Source: Trichoplax sp. H2 (lineage: Eukaryota). From it: a DNA stretch of 64,000 nt. Location of the stretch: positions 1 through 64,000 of the forward strand of contig NOWV01000158.1 in NCBI GenBank assembly GCA_003344405.1. Reading direction: 5' to 3'. The first letter of the stretch is position 1. Every line of letters starts with the position of its first letter. Below, piece by piece: positions 23,656-47,229 of this stretch. The translations under genes were made by a program, and so were the position numbers. The notes under the pieces were generated by a model. That model ran no database searches and was not told where the DNA came from. It worked only from the letters and a program-made list of their open reading frames with translations.

Positions 23656-23925
23656 TAGAATGATTTTAAGTATTTTAAATGGACATTTTACTCGTATATA
23701 GTATAATGATGATGATGATGATCATTCTAATATATACTTAGAATGGTTTTCAGGTATTTTAAATGGACATCTTATTCCTAGGTAGTATAATGATGATGAT
23801 GGTCATTCTAATATTGTCAGTAGAATGATTTTAAGGATTTTGAACGGACATCTTATTCATATGTAGTGCATATAATAATGATGATGATGATGATAATAAT
23901 AAATGGGCATCTTATTCATACGAGT
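23656..23925. repeat. ~83-bp tandem repeat, about 3.3 diverged copies, each with a (GAT)n microsatellite
   Basis: Unit tagaatgattttaag.attttaaatggacat.ttattc.ta...agtataatgatgatgatg starts at 23656, 23739 and 23821, with a partial copy near 23901. Confidence 0.85.
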
Positions 23926-25074
23926 ATGTAGTAGAATCATCTAGATATCGAGTTCCGTTATAGGCTAGCAAGAAGACAAGTTGCTGTATCTCAATACGAC
24001 TATTAGAGTGGCCTATTTCCTAGTCTAATTGTCACGACGTAAGACTAGCCGGTGTCAATTCTTGAATACTGTAGAAAGAATTGCCATGTTGAAAAGCGAT
24101 TTTCTAGCAGTATTTGGGCCGAGTTTTACTTTCTTCTTAGCTCGATGCAGCCTGGAATCCTGGAACAAATACACCACACCCTGCAATATGGTCGCTATGG
24201 CAATTCTATCCAGTATCTATCGATAATAATATTATAATTAGCAACCACTCACCGCCCTTACCGCACCAGTTGGGGTCAGCGGTATGTTTACAAAAAAAAA
24301 TTTCTTGATGAGGAATAATTGGTGTTTGCAGTGCTACTGTAGAAGCTGTTGAAAAAGGAGAGAAAATTTCAACAATGAAACCATATTCAACTGTCTTATT
24401 CATGAGTGAAACTGGAAAAAGTTTCCCTTGCTCTCTTTTTTTCAAATCGTTGTTGTTAGTAGCTGTAGAGCACAGGCAGATTGCATGGCTACATTGATCG
24501 CTCCTCCCCCATTTTTCTTCATTAGCCAGGAATAATTTAGCTCGAGTCCTGCTAACTGCTGACTCATGCCGTTGCAAAGATGGCTGTTAGCCTTTTCGAT
24601 TGGCTTACATGATCAACTTGTAGCAGTTGCAATTTTAGATTTATGGGATGGATTATTGTGAGTAGAATTACAAGGGGTTGCTATTCTCCCATGACATCAG
24701 TTAATTTATAACTTGTTTTTATACACTATTTTCCCAGCTTGAGATCGATATCCGATAGAACCATAGGAGAATTCTCTTTCAGCCCCTTCTAGCTCAGCGG
24801 TGAGCATGATGTCCGGATTGACTTTTGGAAATAAGTCTGTCTTCTATACAACAGTATGAGCACAATCGCCTACATCATACACTACCTAGACAGTCTACGC
24901 TCGACTGCCCTTACTCGATGCTCGATACGATTGTACACCAGTATACTACCCCATACAATACCTTGAATCCAGTCTATATACTACTTCATATGATCAGCCC
25001 ACTTGGCTATATAAAGTAACTCAGAAAGTGCATTTTCTTTCTTCTCATCTTATCCCATCAAGACGGATAGCTTG

Positions 25075-26630
25075 GCTATATTCAGCTCGACAATCCTCTC
25101 TTAATCGATCTAGCGTGATTTTATCACTTCTGCAATCAAGTTAAGCATGTCGTCAAATAATGGAAAGTAAGTCTAGCGTAACTTCCTTGTACTGTTTGCT
25201 ATTTTATTGCCGAGAGAGAGAGAGACAAAAAAAATACACAGCTGATGCTTTACTCGTACAGTATTCGGAGATTCGCTTATTGCAGGATACATTTGAGCTC
25301 GATAATCCTTAACTTATCTAGCGTGATTTGATTACTTCTGTAATCAAGTTAAGCATGTTGTTGAATGATGAAGAGGAAGTCTAGTGTTGCTGTTTTATTG
25401 CTAAGTGAGAGAGACACACACACACACAAAATACACAGCTGATGCTTACTCGTATAGTATTCGTAGATTCGCTTATCGGAGAGTACATTCAGCTCGACAA
25501 TCCTTAATCGATCTAGCGTGATTTCATCGCTTCTACAATCAAGTTAAGCATGTCGTCAAATAATGGATAGTAAGTCTAGCCTTACTTCCTTGTACTGTTT
25601 GCTATTTTATTGCCAAGAGAGAGAGAGAAAAAAATACACAGCTAAGCTGATGCTTTACTCGTACAGTATTCGTTGATTCGCTTATTGGAGAGTACATTCA
25701 GCTCGACAATCCTTAATCGATCTAGCGTGATTTCATCGCTTCTACAATCAAGTTAAGCATGTCGTCAAATAATGGATAGTAAGTCTAGCCTTACTTCCTT
25801 GTACTGTTTGCTATTTTATTGCCAAGAGAGAGAGAGAAAAAATACACAGCTAAGCTGATGCTTTACTCGTACAGTATTCGTTGATTCGCTTATTGGAGAA
25901 TACATTCAGCTCGATAATCCTTAGCCTATCTAGTGTGATTTGATTACTTCTGTAATCAAGTTAAGCGTGTTTTTGAATGATAGAAAGGAAGTCTAGTGTT
26001 GCTATTTTATTACCAAGAGAGAGAGAGAGAGACCAAAAAAAAAATACACAGCTGATCCCTACTCGTACAGTATTCGTAGATTCGTGTATACTGTTGCTAT
26101 TTTATTACTAAGAAACAGAGAGAGGAAAAAAATACGCAGCGGATCCTGACAGTACAGTATACAGTAGAGATAGTCTTGGATATTGGAGATGAGGCGTGCT
26201 ACGCCTATCTCGACCACATTGAGCTCGACAATCCTTAACCTATCTAGCATGATTTCATTCCGTCTATAATCAAGTTAAGCATGTTGTCAAATGATAGAAA
26301 GTAAGTCTAACGTTGCTTTCTTATACTATTGCTATTTTATCGTTAAGAAAGAGAGAAAAATATACACAGCTGATCCTTGCACTCGTACAGTATAAACAGT
26401 ACAGGGATGTTGTAGATAGGGTATGACAGGTGTTGTATCTTGGCTATATTGAGCTCAACAATCCTCAACCGATCTAGCGTGATTTCACTACTTCTGTAAT
26501 CAAGTTGCTGTAAGCATGTCGTCAAATAATTAATGGAAAGCCTAGCATTATACTATTGCTATTTTTCATTGCTAAGAGAGAGAGAGAGAGAGAAAAAAAA
26601 AAACACAGCTGATACTTTTACTCGTATGGC
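25075..26630 (+). repeat. Tandem array of seven ~200-bp units, each holding a copy of the apparent PGD first coding exon, plus (GA)n, an A-tract and CACAGCT
   Basis: Shared unit ...agctcgacaatcct...atctagcgtgattt...aatcaagttaagcATGtcgtcaaataatggaaa|GTAAGTctag...gctattttattg..gagagaga..aaaatacacagctgatgc.ttactcgtacagta. Start-codon positions are 25147, 25355, 25550, 25759, 25967, 26281 and 26516. Confidence 0.92.
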
Positions 26631-29600
26631 TAGATGACATTGGATATTGTCGATGGGGTGTGGGCTACAAGAAGAAGAGAGTGTGCTTTGTCATTGCAAC
26701 AGCTGATCATCATCATGAGCCCACACACTGTTCTAGGATCGAGAAAGGTTGTGTTCAAATGCATCATCATCATCATGAACAAGTGTTCTATACTGATGGC
26801 TAGATAAATGGGCATCATACACAACTTGATTAGTCTTAATTGGATAATCATCTAACGCTTGATAGCGCGATGATAATAGAAAACTGATCTTTTATGTAAA
26901 TTCTATCTTTTTAGGGCAGATATTGCACTCATTGGTCTGGCTGTTATGGTAAGCTTGCATACTAACATTCTAGAGTGGATCGCTACTCTTATTATCGCCA
27001 TAGGGCTAGATAGCGGTAGACAGTCGACATACAATACTGTAGGTGGTACAATTTAGCAGAAAATGACCAATTAAGTTATTAATCAAGAATGCTCCAACTT
27101 AATACTGTTGATAAATACATGATGATTTGGTGTACATGCAGGGCTGCTACTGCTTGTAACTATGAAAGCTTATACTTTGTCTTTCTTACAGCAATTTTTT
27201 TGTTCTCATACCTTGGCATACTTGCATATATTATGTACTGTACTACTTTATCGTTGTCAATCTTTGCCTCTTATACTCGTATGAGCAGATACAGTATTCT
27301 ATCGAAAATTGAACTGTACCTTGATGGTAACGCAATGTACATTTATGGAGAGATTGTAGTGGTGATTAAAATGTTGAAGTGCAATTTTACTATAACACAT
27401 AGAGTAGTAGTTGCCGCCATTGAATTAATTACCAGTAGACTGCAACGTATCTATATCTGTGATGGAAGAATTGCAAGGTTCTAACCAACGTTGTCATTAA
27501 ATGACATCGAAGGACGCCACGATTCTACTTCAGAATTCGAAGTTTGAATCAAAATTTGGCTTTGATTACTAGAATACCCATATAAAACCCTTAAAAGAAA
27601 TTATTAATTAATGTTACACGATATATTCTTGCCATAATTTATTGTTTAGGGCCAAAATATCATCTTGAATATGAACGATCACGGCTTTGTGGTAAGCTAC
27701 TAACCTCTATGCTAAACCATGTAGCAATCTACTGCCACTATGCGTATTAATGCAGCTAAATATCCTGTTGATATTAGATATGATAAATAAATGTATTTGT
27801 TATACGGGTAGTCAATGCTGTGTCTATTGTAATCTGCTCAAAAGTTTGAGCCCGTCTACTGCCATCAAAGTAAATGAGGAAAGAGCACTATATTGTAATT
27901 GTTGAGTCTTCATTGAATCTTATCAATCAATTACTGTTAAGTTTCTTACTTTTAGACCCTATACGTTAACATAGTTCTCGAATGTAGACAGAAGGATGTT
28001 TAGGCTTTTTGATTAAATTACGCAATGATCTATACCACTAATTTCTATCCATTTCAAAATCTTGGCAGGTTTGCGCTTACAATAGAACAGTTCAAAAGGT
28101 CGAACACTTCTTACAAAATGAAGCAAAAGGTTATACCAATGACCAATTATTTGAGCAATTTTTTATTTAAAGTGCAAGTTAACTTTTAAAAGTGATGTTA
28201 TTGTCGCCGAACTGAAGTTGCTGAATAGTATTCTTGCCGTGTTACATCCTCGATGTATCTGATTACATGCTTATTTAATGGACCTCTTTCTCTTGTTCAA
28301 GAATTGTATTTCAACGTTCTTGCTGTTTCATATCGTGGACCTACAATTTATACTAAAAAATTCAATTGTCGTCTAATAAAGGTACTAATGTTGTTGGTGC
28401 TAAAAGCATTGAAGAAATGGTCTCTTTATTAAAGAAGCCGCGCAAAGTGATGACGTTAGTTAAAGCTGGAAGAGCAGTGGATACACTTATCGAACAATTG
28501 GTAATTTGATTTTGGAGAAACATTCAAATTTCTGTTTTAGAACTTACTACTACAGTATCTACTATTATCAAACGACACAATTATAGAATTACATAAAAAA
28601 TTGTGTTAGCAATGAGATCTTTATATCGAAAAGAGTTTATTATTTTGATATTAGAGAATTCTTTGATTACGAAGTCCAGTTATGATGATGTAATGATGAA
28701 TGTTTTCTCTTCGTTGAATATTTGTTTTTCTTTCCTTATGAAATACTATGTATTTCATTAACGATTGTATGCTAAAATATAATAAATTAATATTAAATAC
28801 TCATTTGATTCTGTAAAAATTTAAAACTAAGCTAGTAGTATTACTGATCACCATATAGAGGACTTAAGTTCAATGCTACCGTTGACACGGTTTTTCTTAT
28901 TTCTTAAGGTTCCTTTGTTAGAGGCTGGAGATATCATTATTGATGGTGGAAATTCACAATATACCGATACCCAGGTACCGTTGGATATGCAGTTAATCGT
29001 ATCATTCAAAATGTTTCATTAAATAGCGATTTAATAAACATATCTAATTATAATTAAATATCTATGGCAATGTCTTCTATCCTTTTTTCTGCTTTAGCGT
29101 CGATATAATGAACTAAAAACTAAGGGTATTTACTACTTGGGCTGTGGTGTTTCTGGAGGAGAAGATGGAGCTCGGTATGGACCTTCTTTGATGCCCGGAG
29201 GTGCCGCAGAAGCTTGGTAAAAATAACGCTAGAAAATTGATAGGAAGTTTCATTTGATATACCTTGTATATAATTCCTATGCTCTTAATGATTTACTAAA
29301 TTGTTACATTGCATATTCGTCTAAGCCATATTTAGCTCATTTATTACCGATTAATTGTTACGACCAATTGTCTAGGCCGTCACTTAAGCCAATCTTCCAG
29401 TCCATTGCAGCTAAAGTAGGAACTGAACCCTGCTGTGATTGGGTAAGAAATGCATGATTAGAGAAATTTTTGAAGCAATGAACTTTTATTTTCAAATTGC
29501 TTGCGTAAACTAACATTGAAAGCTATAAGTAATACGTGCATATGCTTATCATATTTGTAAGAGTAATGGTTACGTTTGCATCTTAGGTTGGTAGCGATGG

Positions 29601-31409
29601 AGCGGGCCACTTTGTTAAGATGGTACACAACGGCATTGAATATGGTGATATGCAGGTAATGATAAGAAATTGCTTTTAGACTGTTGGTCATATCAGCATT
29701 AATGAGCAATAATTAAAACTTTTAAAATACTCGATTTATAGCTTATCTGCGAAGCTTACCATTTGATGAAAGATTCTCTTGGAATGAGTGATGACGAAAT
29801 GAGTTCGGTATGATCTTAAATTGTTTAATATTTAAATTTTATTATATAGCATATAATAACATTTAGGGCTCTTGGTGTTTTACAACGCAATTGTTGTCTA
29901 TATGTAGGTTCTGAAAGAGTGGAATAAAGGTGAACTCGATTCATTTTTAATTGAAATCTCTGGTGATATATTAGCCTATAAAGATAGTGATGGGCAACCA
30001 TTATTAGAAAAGATAAGAGACGCTGCTGGTCAGGTAACCGAATGCATGTTATTAATTACAGTAGACAGTTTGAATGCATAGGAGAGCACACTTGCGGAAT
30101 ACAAATATCTTTTAGTCAGAGAAATAAATTATTCGGTATTTATATTCAAATTAGAAAGGAACTGGCAAATGGACTGCTATTTCTGCTCTTGATTTCGGCA
30201 TGCCTGTAACATTAATTGGTATGTAGATCAAAAAATGACGTTCTGTGCAACTATTTTGATAACCTATTGCGTTTCTGCAGTCTTATTAAACGCCATTTTG
30301 TTAAATACAGGTGAAGCCGTGTTTGCTAGATGTTTATCGTCTTTGAAAGATGAGCGTGTTCGAGCTAGTAGCGTATTGAAAGGCCCTTCTAGTGCAAAGT
30401 ATACTGGTGACAAGAAGGAATTTATCGAAAATATTCGAAAGGTTCAAAGTCTTCGATTGACATATTTATTTTGAATCAGTTAGTAAAATGGTTCTATTAT
30501 GATAATTGTAGGCGTTATATGCTTCGAAAATTGTATCTTATGCGCAAGGCTTTATGCTATTGCGCGAGGCCGCAAAACAGTTTAACTGGACGTTAAATTA
30601 TGGCTCGATTGCTTTGATGTGGCGAGGTGGATGTATTATTAGGAGGTTAGAAACTCAGTCAATTAATTTATTGCTTTATTATTACTAAATTACTCATTCT
30701 CCAAATTTTTCATTGATTCTCAGTGTGTTCTTGGGCAATATCAAATCCGCGTTTGATAAAAACCCTAATTTGGAAAGTTTATTATTAGATGATTTTTTCC
30801 ATTCTGCAATTGATTCCTGCCAAGTATGTACTGTATTGATATTATATTAGAAATTGGTATGCCTTGCCTAATGCTAACGTACGATTTAATCAATAGGAAT
30901 CCTGGCGTAAAGTTGTGGCAAATGCTGTATTACTTGGAATACCTACTCCATCATTCAGTTGCGCTTTGGCCTTTTATGACGGCTATCGGTACTGTGATCG
31001 ATTTATCTATTTTTATGCTGTATTTGCTGTATCATGGTTTAGTGGTGCTTTGTTTATGATCCAGTTCCATTTCCAATTACTTATAAAAGCCGTATTTATT
31101 TCAATTATAGCTCGTCCCGCCTACCTGCTAATTTAATCCAGGTAAGATCTATACGAATATTAAGTACTGCTAATTTATTATTAGCAATATACTGCATAGC
31201 ACATCTTTAGTTACTAAAAGGGATATGTCCAGTGTCTCTTGATATTTTACTTATTCTAAGTATATGATTTGCTCTATCTCTTTTTTTAGGCACAACGTGA
31301 TTACTTTGGAGCTCATACCTACGAGTTACTTTCCAATCCCGGACAGTTTATCCATACTAATTGGACTGGTCATGGCGGATCGGTTTCTGCATCTACATAC
31401 CAAGCTTAA
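25147..31409 (+). CDS. PGD: 6-phosphogluconate dehydrogenase, decarboxylating (multi-exon)
   Basis: Exon 26915-26948 ([11 protein letters not shown]), 27650-27691 ([14 protein letters not shown]), 28069-28129, 28382-28500, 28909-28974 (IIDGGNS), 29098-29216 ([19 protein letters not shown]), then [26 protein letters not shown] and MWRGGCII, to the last exon 31290-31409 ([11 protein letters not shown]...HTNWTG...TYQA*). The first exon must be phase 2; candidates are 25147-25166 (MSSNNGK) or 26281-26300 (MLSNDRK), so the start is uncertain. Confidence 0.95.
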
Positions 31410-33606
31410 TCTCTTAGTTCTAGCTATCATTTATCTCCTTCAAGGTCATATGGATTTCATTTTTGTTGTAGTTTATGACCTTTCTTTAAAGGTGGCATTA
31501 TGATTATTTCTGCAATACTTCTTTCTATGATAATTTTACTGTTTCGCAATCCTGCGATTATGATCAGTCACCTTGTTACAGACAGTTGGTCAAGCGTATT
31601 GTGAAAGTAGTGATAACTACATGAATGCAATAAAATGATAACGTTACATGAATTAATTTTAAATCGCTTGTTTTTCTTATAATTTAACCCATACTTTCAA
31701 ATGATAAATGGCAAGATTGTTATGCATTTAAAAGTGTAGTGTAATAGTGACAGATGCTGATTCATTTTAGGAGACATCAACACTGTACAGTTAAGGATAT
31801 GATCAAGACATTTATAACTCGATGTTAGTGTGACACGTATGCTCTAGAAGATGTATTTCTATAATGTTGGCAGTACAACAATCAGCCATGCGTACCATAA
31901 TAATTATCAGTTAATCTTGCTTATTAAAAGAACCTTAGTTTATAGTTGATTTATGGTACTATTTTCATATTTTTATATTTTGCAAAATGAATTTGGCCCT
32001 AGCGAAAGCAGCAAAATGCTACCGGACTTTGTCCTATTCTACTTTGACCTGATATTTGATCTTCAGCTAATGTTGCTACTGCCAAAATAGATGTACAGTA
32101 GTGATTGGTTAATCTATGATGTTGTATAGGATAACGGTAAAGTATAAGTTTAAGTTGATGATAAATAGGATATTTTCCAGTACGAAGTAACTGAAAGTGG
32201 AAGATTAGTTTAACCTAAATAATGTGTCGGCATCACTACAATACAAGGTGCATGATTTTTTGATATATTTTTTTACATCGCTAGTCCACTATTGGTATTA
32301 TGAATAGTCTAAACGAAGTCAAAGTCCCTTGCACTACAACAAGTCCGTTATCGACTATTTCAGTTTAAATTCGATATCATGTGCTTATTTCATAGTAGGG
32401 CGGTGATACATCTTAAAGAAGAGGTTTAATCCAAACATATGCATTAATTATAATAATTATTAGTTAATTGATTTGCAAGCATGTGTGAGGATCACGTCAA
32501 CGATTGGAAATCCTGTCGATCGGCCATGAGCGGGTGGCAGTCAATTGAATTGAAATGAATGCTGTAATCATGATCATTATACCTGATTCAAGAAGTCGCA
32601 TGGGATATTATTTCCAGTAGAATGTTATGAGCAATAACCATCAGTATCTTGATCGTTCTCTTTTTTGTATGATGAATTCTATCATCAATATCATGCTAGC
32701 CATGTGGCTGACGGCTAATAACGTTTCCATCGTAAAGCAGCACGATAATATTTCCAAGCTGCCAAGTGACCCAATATAAGAGTAATAATTTCGCAAGATT
32801 GATATACTTTACTTTGGAATTATCCAATTTCAGAGTTTTTACCTATAAAACTTCAATTTTATAATCCATCCTACAACAATTGGACATTGCCCGAACCGAT
32901 GGTCAAATCATGCATTCAAATTCATTCTATTTATTTATTTCTATCATGATATACAGAGGAAGAAGACGAATTGAACGATAAAAGTTGAATTTGTAAAAGT
33001 AACTGCACCAAAATCCAATTTAAAACATTTACTATAACATCCAATACGACTAGACTGTTATCCTATATTGGTTCTCCGTATGCCATTTTGAATGACAAAA
33101 AGTGCTAGTTCGAGCTAGAACTATTTTTAGTATGCAAACGATTCATCAATTTCATTCATTTTTGTCATGACTAAAATCTCCATTTTAATCGCTGTCATGC
33201 AGATCTTGAAGAAGAAAGTCATACTATTCGAAGAAGTACTTTCTACTGTATAGAATGATATCCATAACAGTAATTATTTCATAAGATTGGGACATTAATT
33301 TGGATATTATCCAACTCCAACGTATGCCCATGACTTAGCCATTGTCAGCAATGGACTACAGCTGCTTTACACGCTGCTCCATAACCCTCTATGGGTAGGT
33401 GATGCACTACCCTATAGTGAACAGTAGTATGCGCAGTATGGTCTCGGGCATACCATTGGATTCCCATACTCTACACTACACGCTATAGTGACTACGTCGA
33501 TCGAATAGTAATTCAAGTATAAATTCGTCCACTGCAAAGGTTCTTCTCATCATTTGTGGAGAAGACGATTTTGCCAGTTTGGGCTTGCGATTGTGTCGAC
33601 CAAACC

Positions 33607-35477
33607 ATGCCTAAATTAGATTTTGCTATAGTATGCTCTAGTAATCAAAATCGAAGCATGGCTGCTCATAAGCTACTGAGGTAAATCAACCATCATGGGG
33701 ATCTCTGATGGATGATAAACTACAATTATTATTCGTAATTGTCTTTCGTGTTAGTACTGGATTGATTTTTCATCGCCTTTTTGACGATACGAGTTATGAT
33801 CACGATCTTGGTTGCCAGGCATAGCTATAGGATAGCCTTTGAGACGGAAAATGGATTGTATTGGTAGAAAAAGCACAACATGATAACATTGGATAGTGAT
33901 TGAGGATATATTGTAGACGCATGTCTTCGGCTCTGTAAATCCAATGTGTAGATGATAGAAAAAAGTAACAAGATTAGTACAGTAGTGAATGAGACTTGAG
34001 TCGGCTTACTTGACAACGAATTCATTTCTTCTAACTGATCATCAATGGTAAAACACAGGATTATAAATCGAATACTGCCGTTTATTCTTGTCATATCTTC
34101 ACTATACATTGTAGTGATAAAAGTACTTACTTGATCATGAACCATCGTCATGTTTTTAACAAAGACGATCAATCATACAAACTGTTGAAATGATTAAACT
34201 TCAGTCAATTCTCACAGCTTAAACAAAAGTTGATTAATTTACAACTATCGCACGTACAGTATTCCTTTGCACATACTACCATAACCATATTGATAGAGCC
34301 ATAGTTAAAGGAGGTAAAGTCTTTATCCTGTTGATTATGTTCGTAACAGAGAGCCTGCCATGTTACTCTAGCAAGAAATTAAACATATTTTGTCTGTTTC
34401 ACTAACAATGCGGATATCAGATCCAGGCTGGATGTGAAAGAGTTAAATCTCCAATCGAGCGATTGATTGCTTTTAATACCTATTTTTATCATCTTGCTTT
34501 AGTAAGCGAGGCTTCAATGTTACTTCATTTGGTTCCGGTACTCATTGCAAATTACCTGGCCCAACTCCGGAAGAGCCTAATATTTACTCATTTGATTCCA
34601 GCTATGATGAAATGTATAACGATTTGACCAAGAAAGATAAAACATTGTATCCTGGTGTCACAATATCAACATTACAAATCTCCTCTGTAGGGGATATCGT
34701 CCATTCTTGTTGTTATCCATCAATTTTAATTCTACATAGGATACGGAAATGATAGCGATAATCATACACAGTGATATCTTAGAAAGTTGTATTTTCTTTA
34801 ATTTTAATGACTAATGATACGTTCAAGATATACACAAAATGGTATATTACACATGTTAGATAGAAATAGAAGGATTAAAACCAAGCCCGAAAGATTTCAA
34901 GATTGTACTGTTAAACACGATTGTGTTATTTCATGCGATGAGCGTGTTTACGATCAAGTCATCGAAGGTGGGTTAAGATAGACGTACGAGTATATGTTAT
35001 AATAAAAAAGTTGCGATAAATTCCCTTAGCGCTACTTCTTGATCAATGCTTTCCAGAATGCAACGATTATACTGTACTGATTTTCTTTGCGATCTTTGCT
35101 AATAACAAATAGATTTTGAAAATCGTGGCAACGTTAATGGCACTCCCGTACACTTAATCAATCTGAATATAATGGATAATCAAGAAGAAGCCACCATTGG
35201 AGCTGTTTTAATTTGCGAACTTTGCCAACAGGTCTGTATGATAGCAGTCCTAAGTTGAATACCTAGCTTAAAACTTAGTACAAGCCTGCACTCTTTCTAT
35301 CATTCCATTGAATCGCTTAACCGTTTCGTTCATTTCTTTTATTAATATTATAAATGATTGACATCCTTGTTGAAGATTGAAGAATGTGAAGACTTAGATG
35401 ACAATATCGAGAATATTATTAAAGAGTTTGAGGATAAAAATAAGAGAACTTTATATTATCATGTAGCTTTCTATTGA
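33607..35477 (+). CDS. SSU72: RNA polymerase II CTD phosphatase SSU72 (5 exons, 192 aa)
   Basis: Exons 33607-33680, 34503-34646, 34828-34967, 35113-35231 and 35376-35477 give MPKLDFAIVCSSNQNRSMAAHKLLSKRGFNVTSFGSGTHCKLPGPTPEEPNIY...YTQNGILHMLDRNRRIKTKPERFQ...DNQEEATIGA...HVAFY*. The catalytic CX5R motif (CSSNQNR) is intact. Confidence 0.96.
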
Positions 35478-37038
35478 TAAATTAAAAAGTTATTCCTCTT
35501 ATAGTTGGTCTTTATTAATTACCGTTTCTATATAGTACTTTTATCTGTAATGATATAGTGAAACTATTATACCAGTATTATTTATAACCTTCATAATGTT
35601 GTAAATTAGTATTATACTAGCAGTTGATTATTTATCTATAAAATAGATCACCTTACCATTTTGCAGAATAAAACATTAAAACTGTAGCTAAGATTACTTA
35701 CTTACATAGTAAAAAGTTACAATCTGCCGAAATTGTAATATTGGTTGTAATCACGCTCAGAGGTGGTTCATGCCTCAAAATGGGGTTTGTACATTTTCGT
35801 GATTGTAAGCATTCTAATTCGAAATGATTTTGTCTTTACTGGAGATGTACATTGAACAGTACTAGGATACAGTAGCTCCTCCATACAGTAGAATGGGTAT
35901 TTAGAATAGCTTTCATTAAAATTTCTTCCTGTCTGTATAATCATTTAATCAGCTGAGGTGCATAGGATAGGACTACAGTAGGACTTTGATGATGTATCCT
36001 AATCTGATTTCACGGTATGTTGTTATTAGTTGCTTTTAATATAATCGTGACAGCCATCGTATCAACTAATTATGTGTCAGAGTCTTATAATGGCTGGAGC
36101 AACGATATCATTGCTACGTATCGGAATCGTACCGTATTAGGCTTTTCCGCCTGCAGTGGATATTTTAATAAGGTAGCTTATGCTTTCAACTTTTGATATA
36201 ATCATGGTTATTATGGTATTACTTGTGGTTAATAACATCATGCCGTATAATGCAACTCGAACCTTTATAAAATAAGATTTATATTAGTAGTTCGTCAGGG
36301 GATCGCATTTCAGCATCGGAGTTTTTCCGACAAAATAAGGCAGAATGCTTGTTCCATCTTACAACCGTAACACTAGGAGAAACACATCAACATCTTCAAT
36401 AGTTCACCTTTTATTGATTATAAGTGCAGACAACAGCTTCGTCTACATCAATCTGATCTTGGCTGTGTCCGCTGCTATCAATAGCACCGGCCGGTTTCAT
36501 TGCTATAATTTCTGAAACTTACTGTATATAAAGTGTATCACATAGCAACAATAACAAAATAATTTTTTACATGTCAATGCAAAACTCACTTCGTGACAAC
36601 CATTTATATTAATACTTATTAATCTCCTTAAAATCAGTACCAGAATCTTCATAATTTACAACGGTTTTACAATGTCCTTAAGAAACATGGGACGGAAATT
36701 AATACTCCTTTTCCAGTAACATTGAAAAAGAGTCTTTAATAAGTTAACATTTATTAATAGTAATTTGAATATCCGGCAACTCTATTATTCCTGATATCTC
36801 AATTTTCATTTGTAATATTTCAAAACAACAAAATTCAATGCTATATTACAAAGATAAATAAATAGTTTAGCGTGTAGTGCTACAGTTATGTCACAGTACT
36901 GGCTACTAAGATAAATGTTGTATAACTTATGAAGGAAGAGAACAGTGCTTATTCGGTAATATCCGACTAACAGAGCAGACAAGCAATCTCCTCTAGTACT
37001 CTCTACCGAAGTCAAAAATTAAATTTTTTTAATACGTT

Positions 37039-47228
<10,190 letters not shown>

Positions 47229-47229
47229 A

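Noticed and set aside
24206-24577. 123-aa minus-strand ORF, with a faint FSPF resemblance to retroelement integrase
   Set aside because: No catalytic motifs or LTRs are recognisable. The similarity is too weak to call.
25075-26630. CRISPR-like array or satellite/transposon interpretation of the ~200-bp repeats
   Set aside because: Eukaryotic context, no unique spacers, no cas or transposase genes, and no terminal inverted repeats. The units are explained as duplicated PGD first exons.
31980-33550. Short open frames between PGD and SSU72 (e.g. MCEDHVNDWKSCRSAMSG at 32481)
   Set aside because: I could not build a frame-consistent spliced model or recognise a family.
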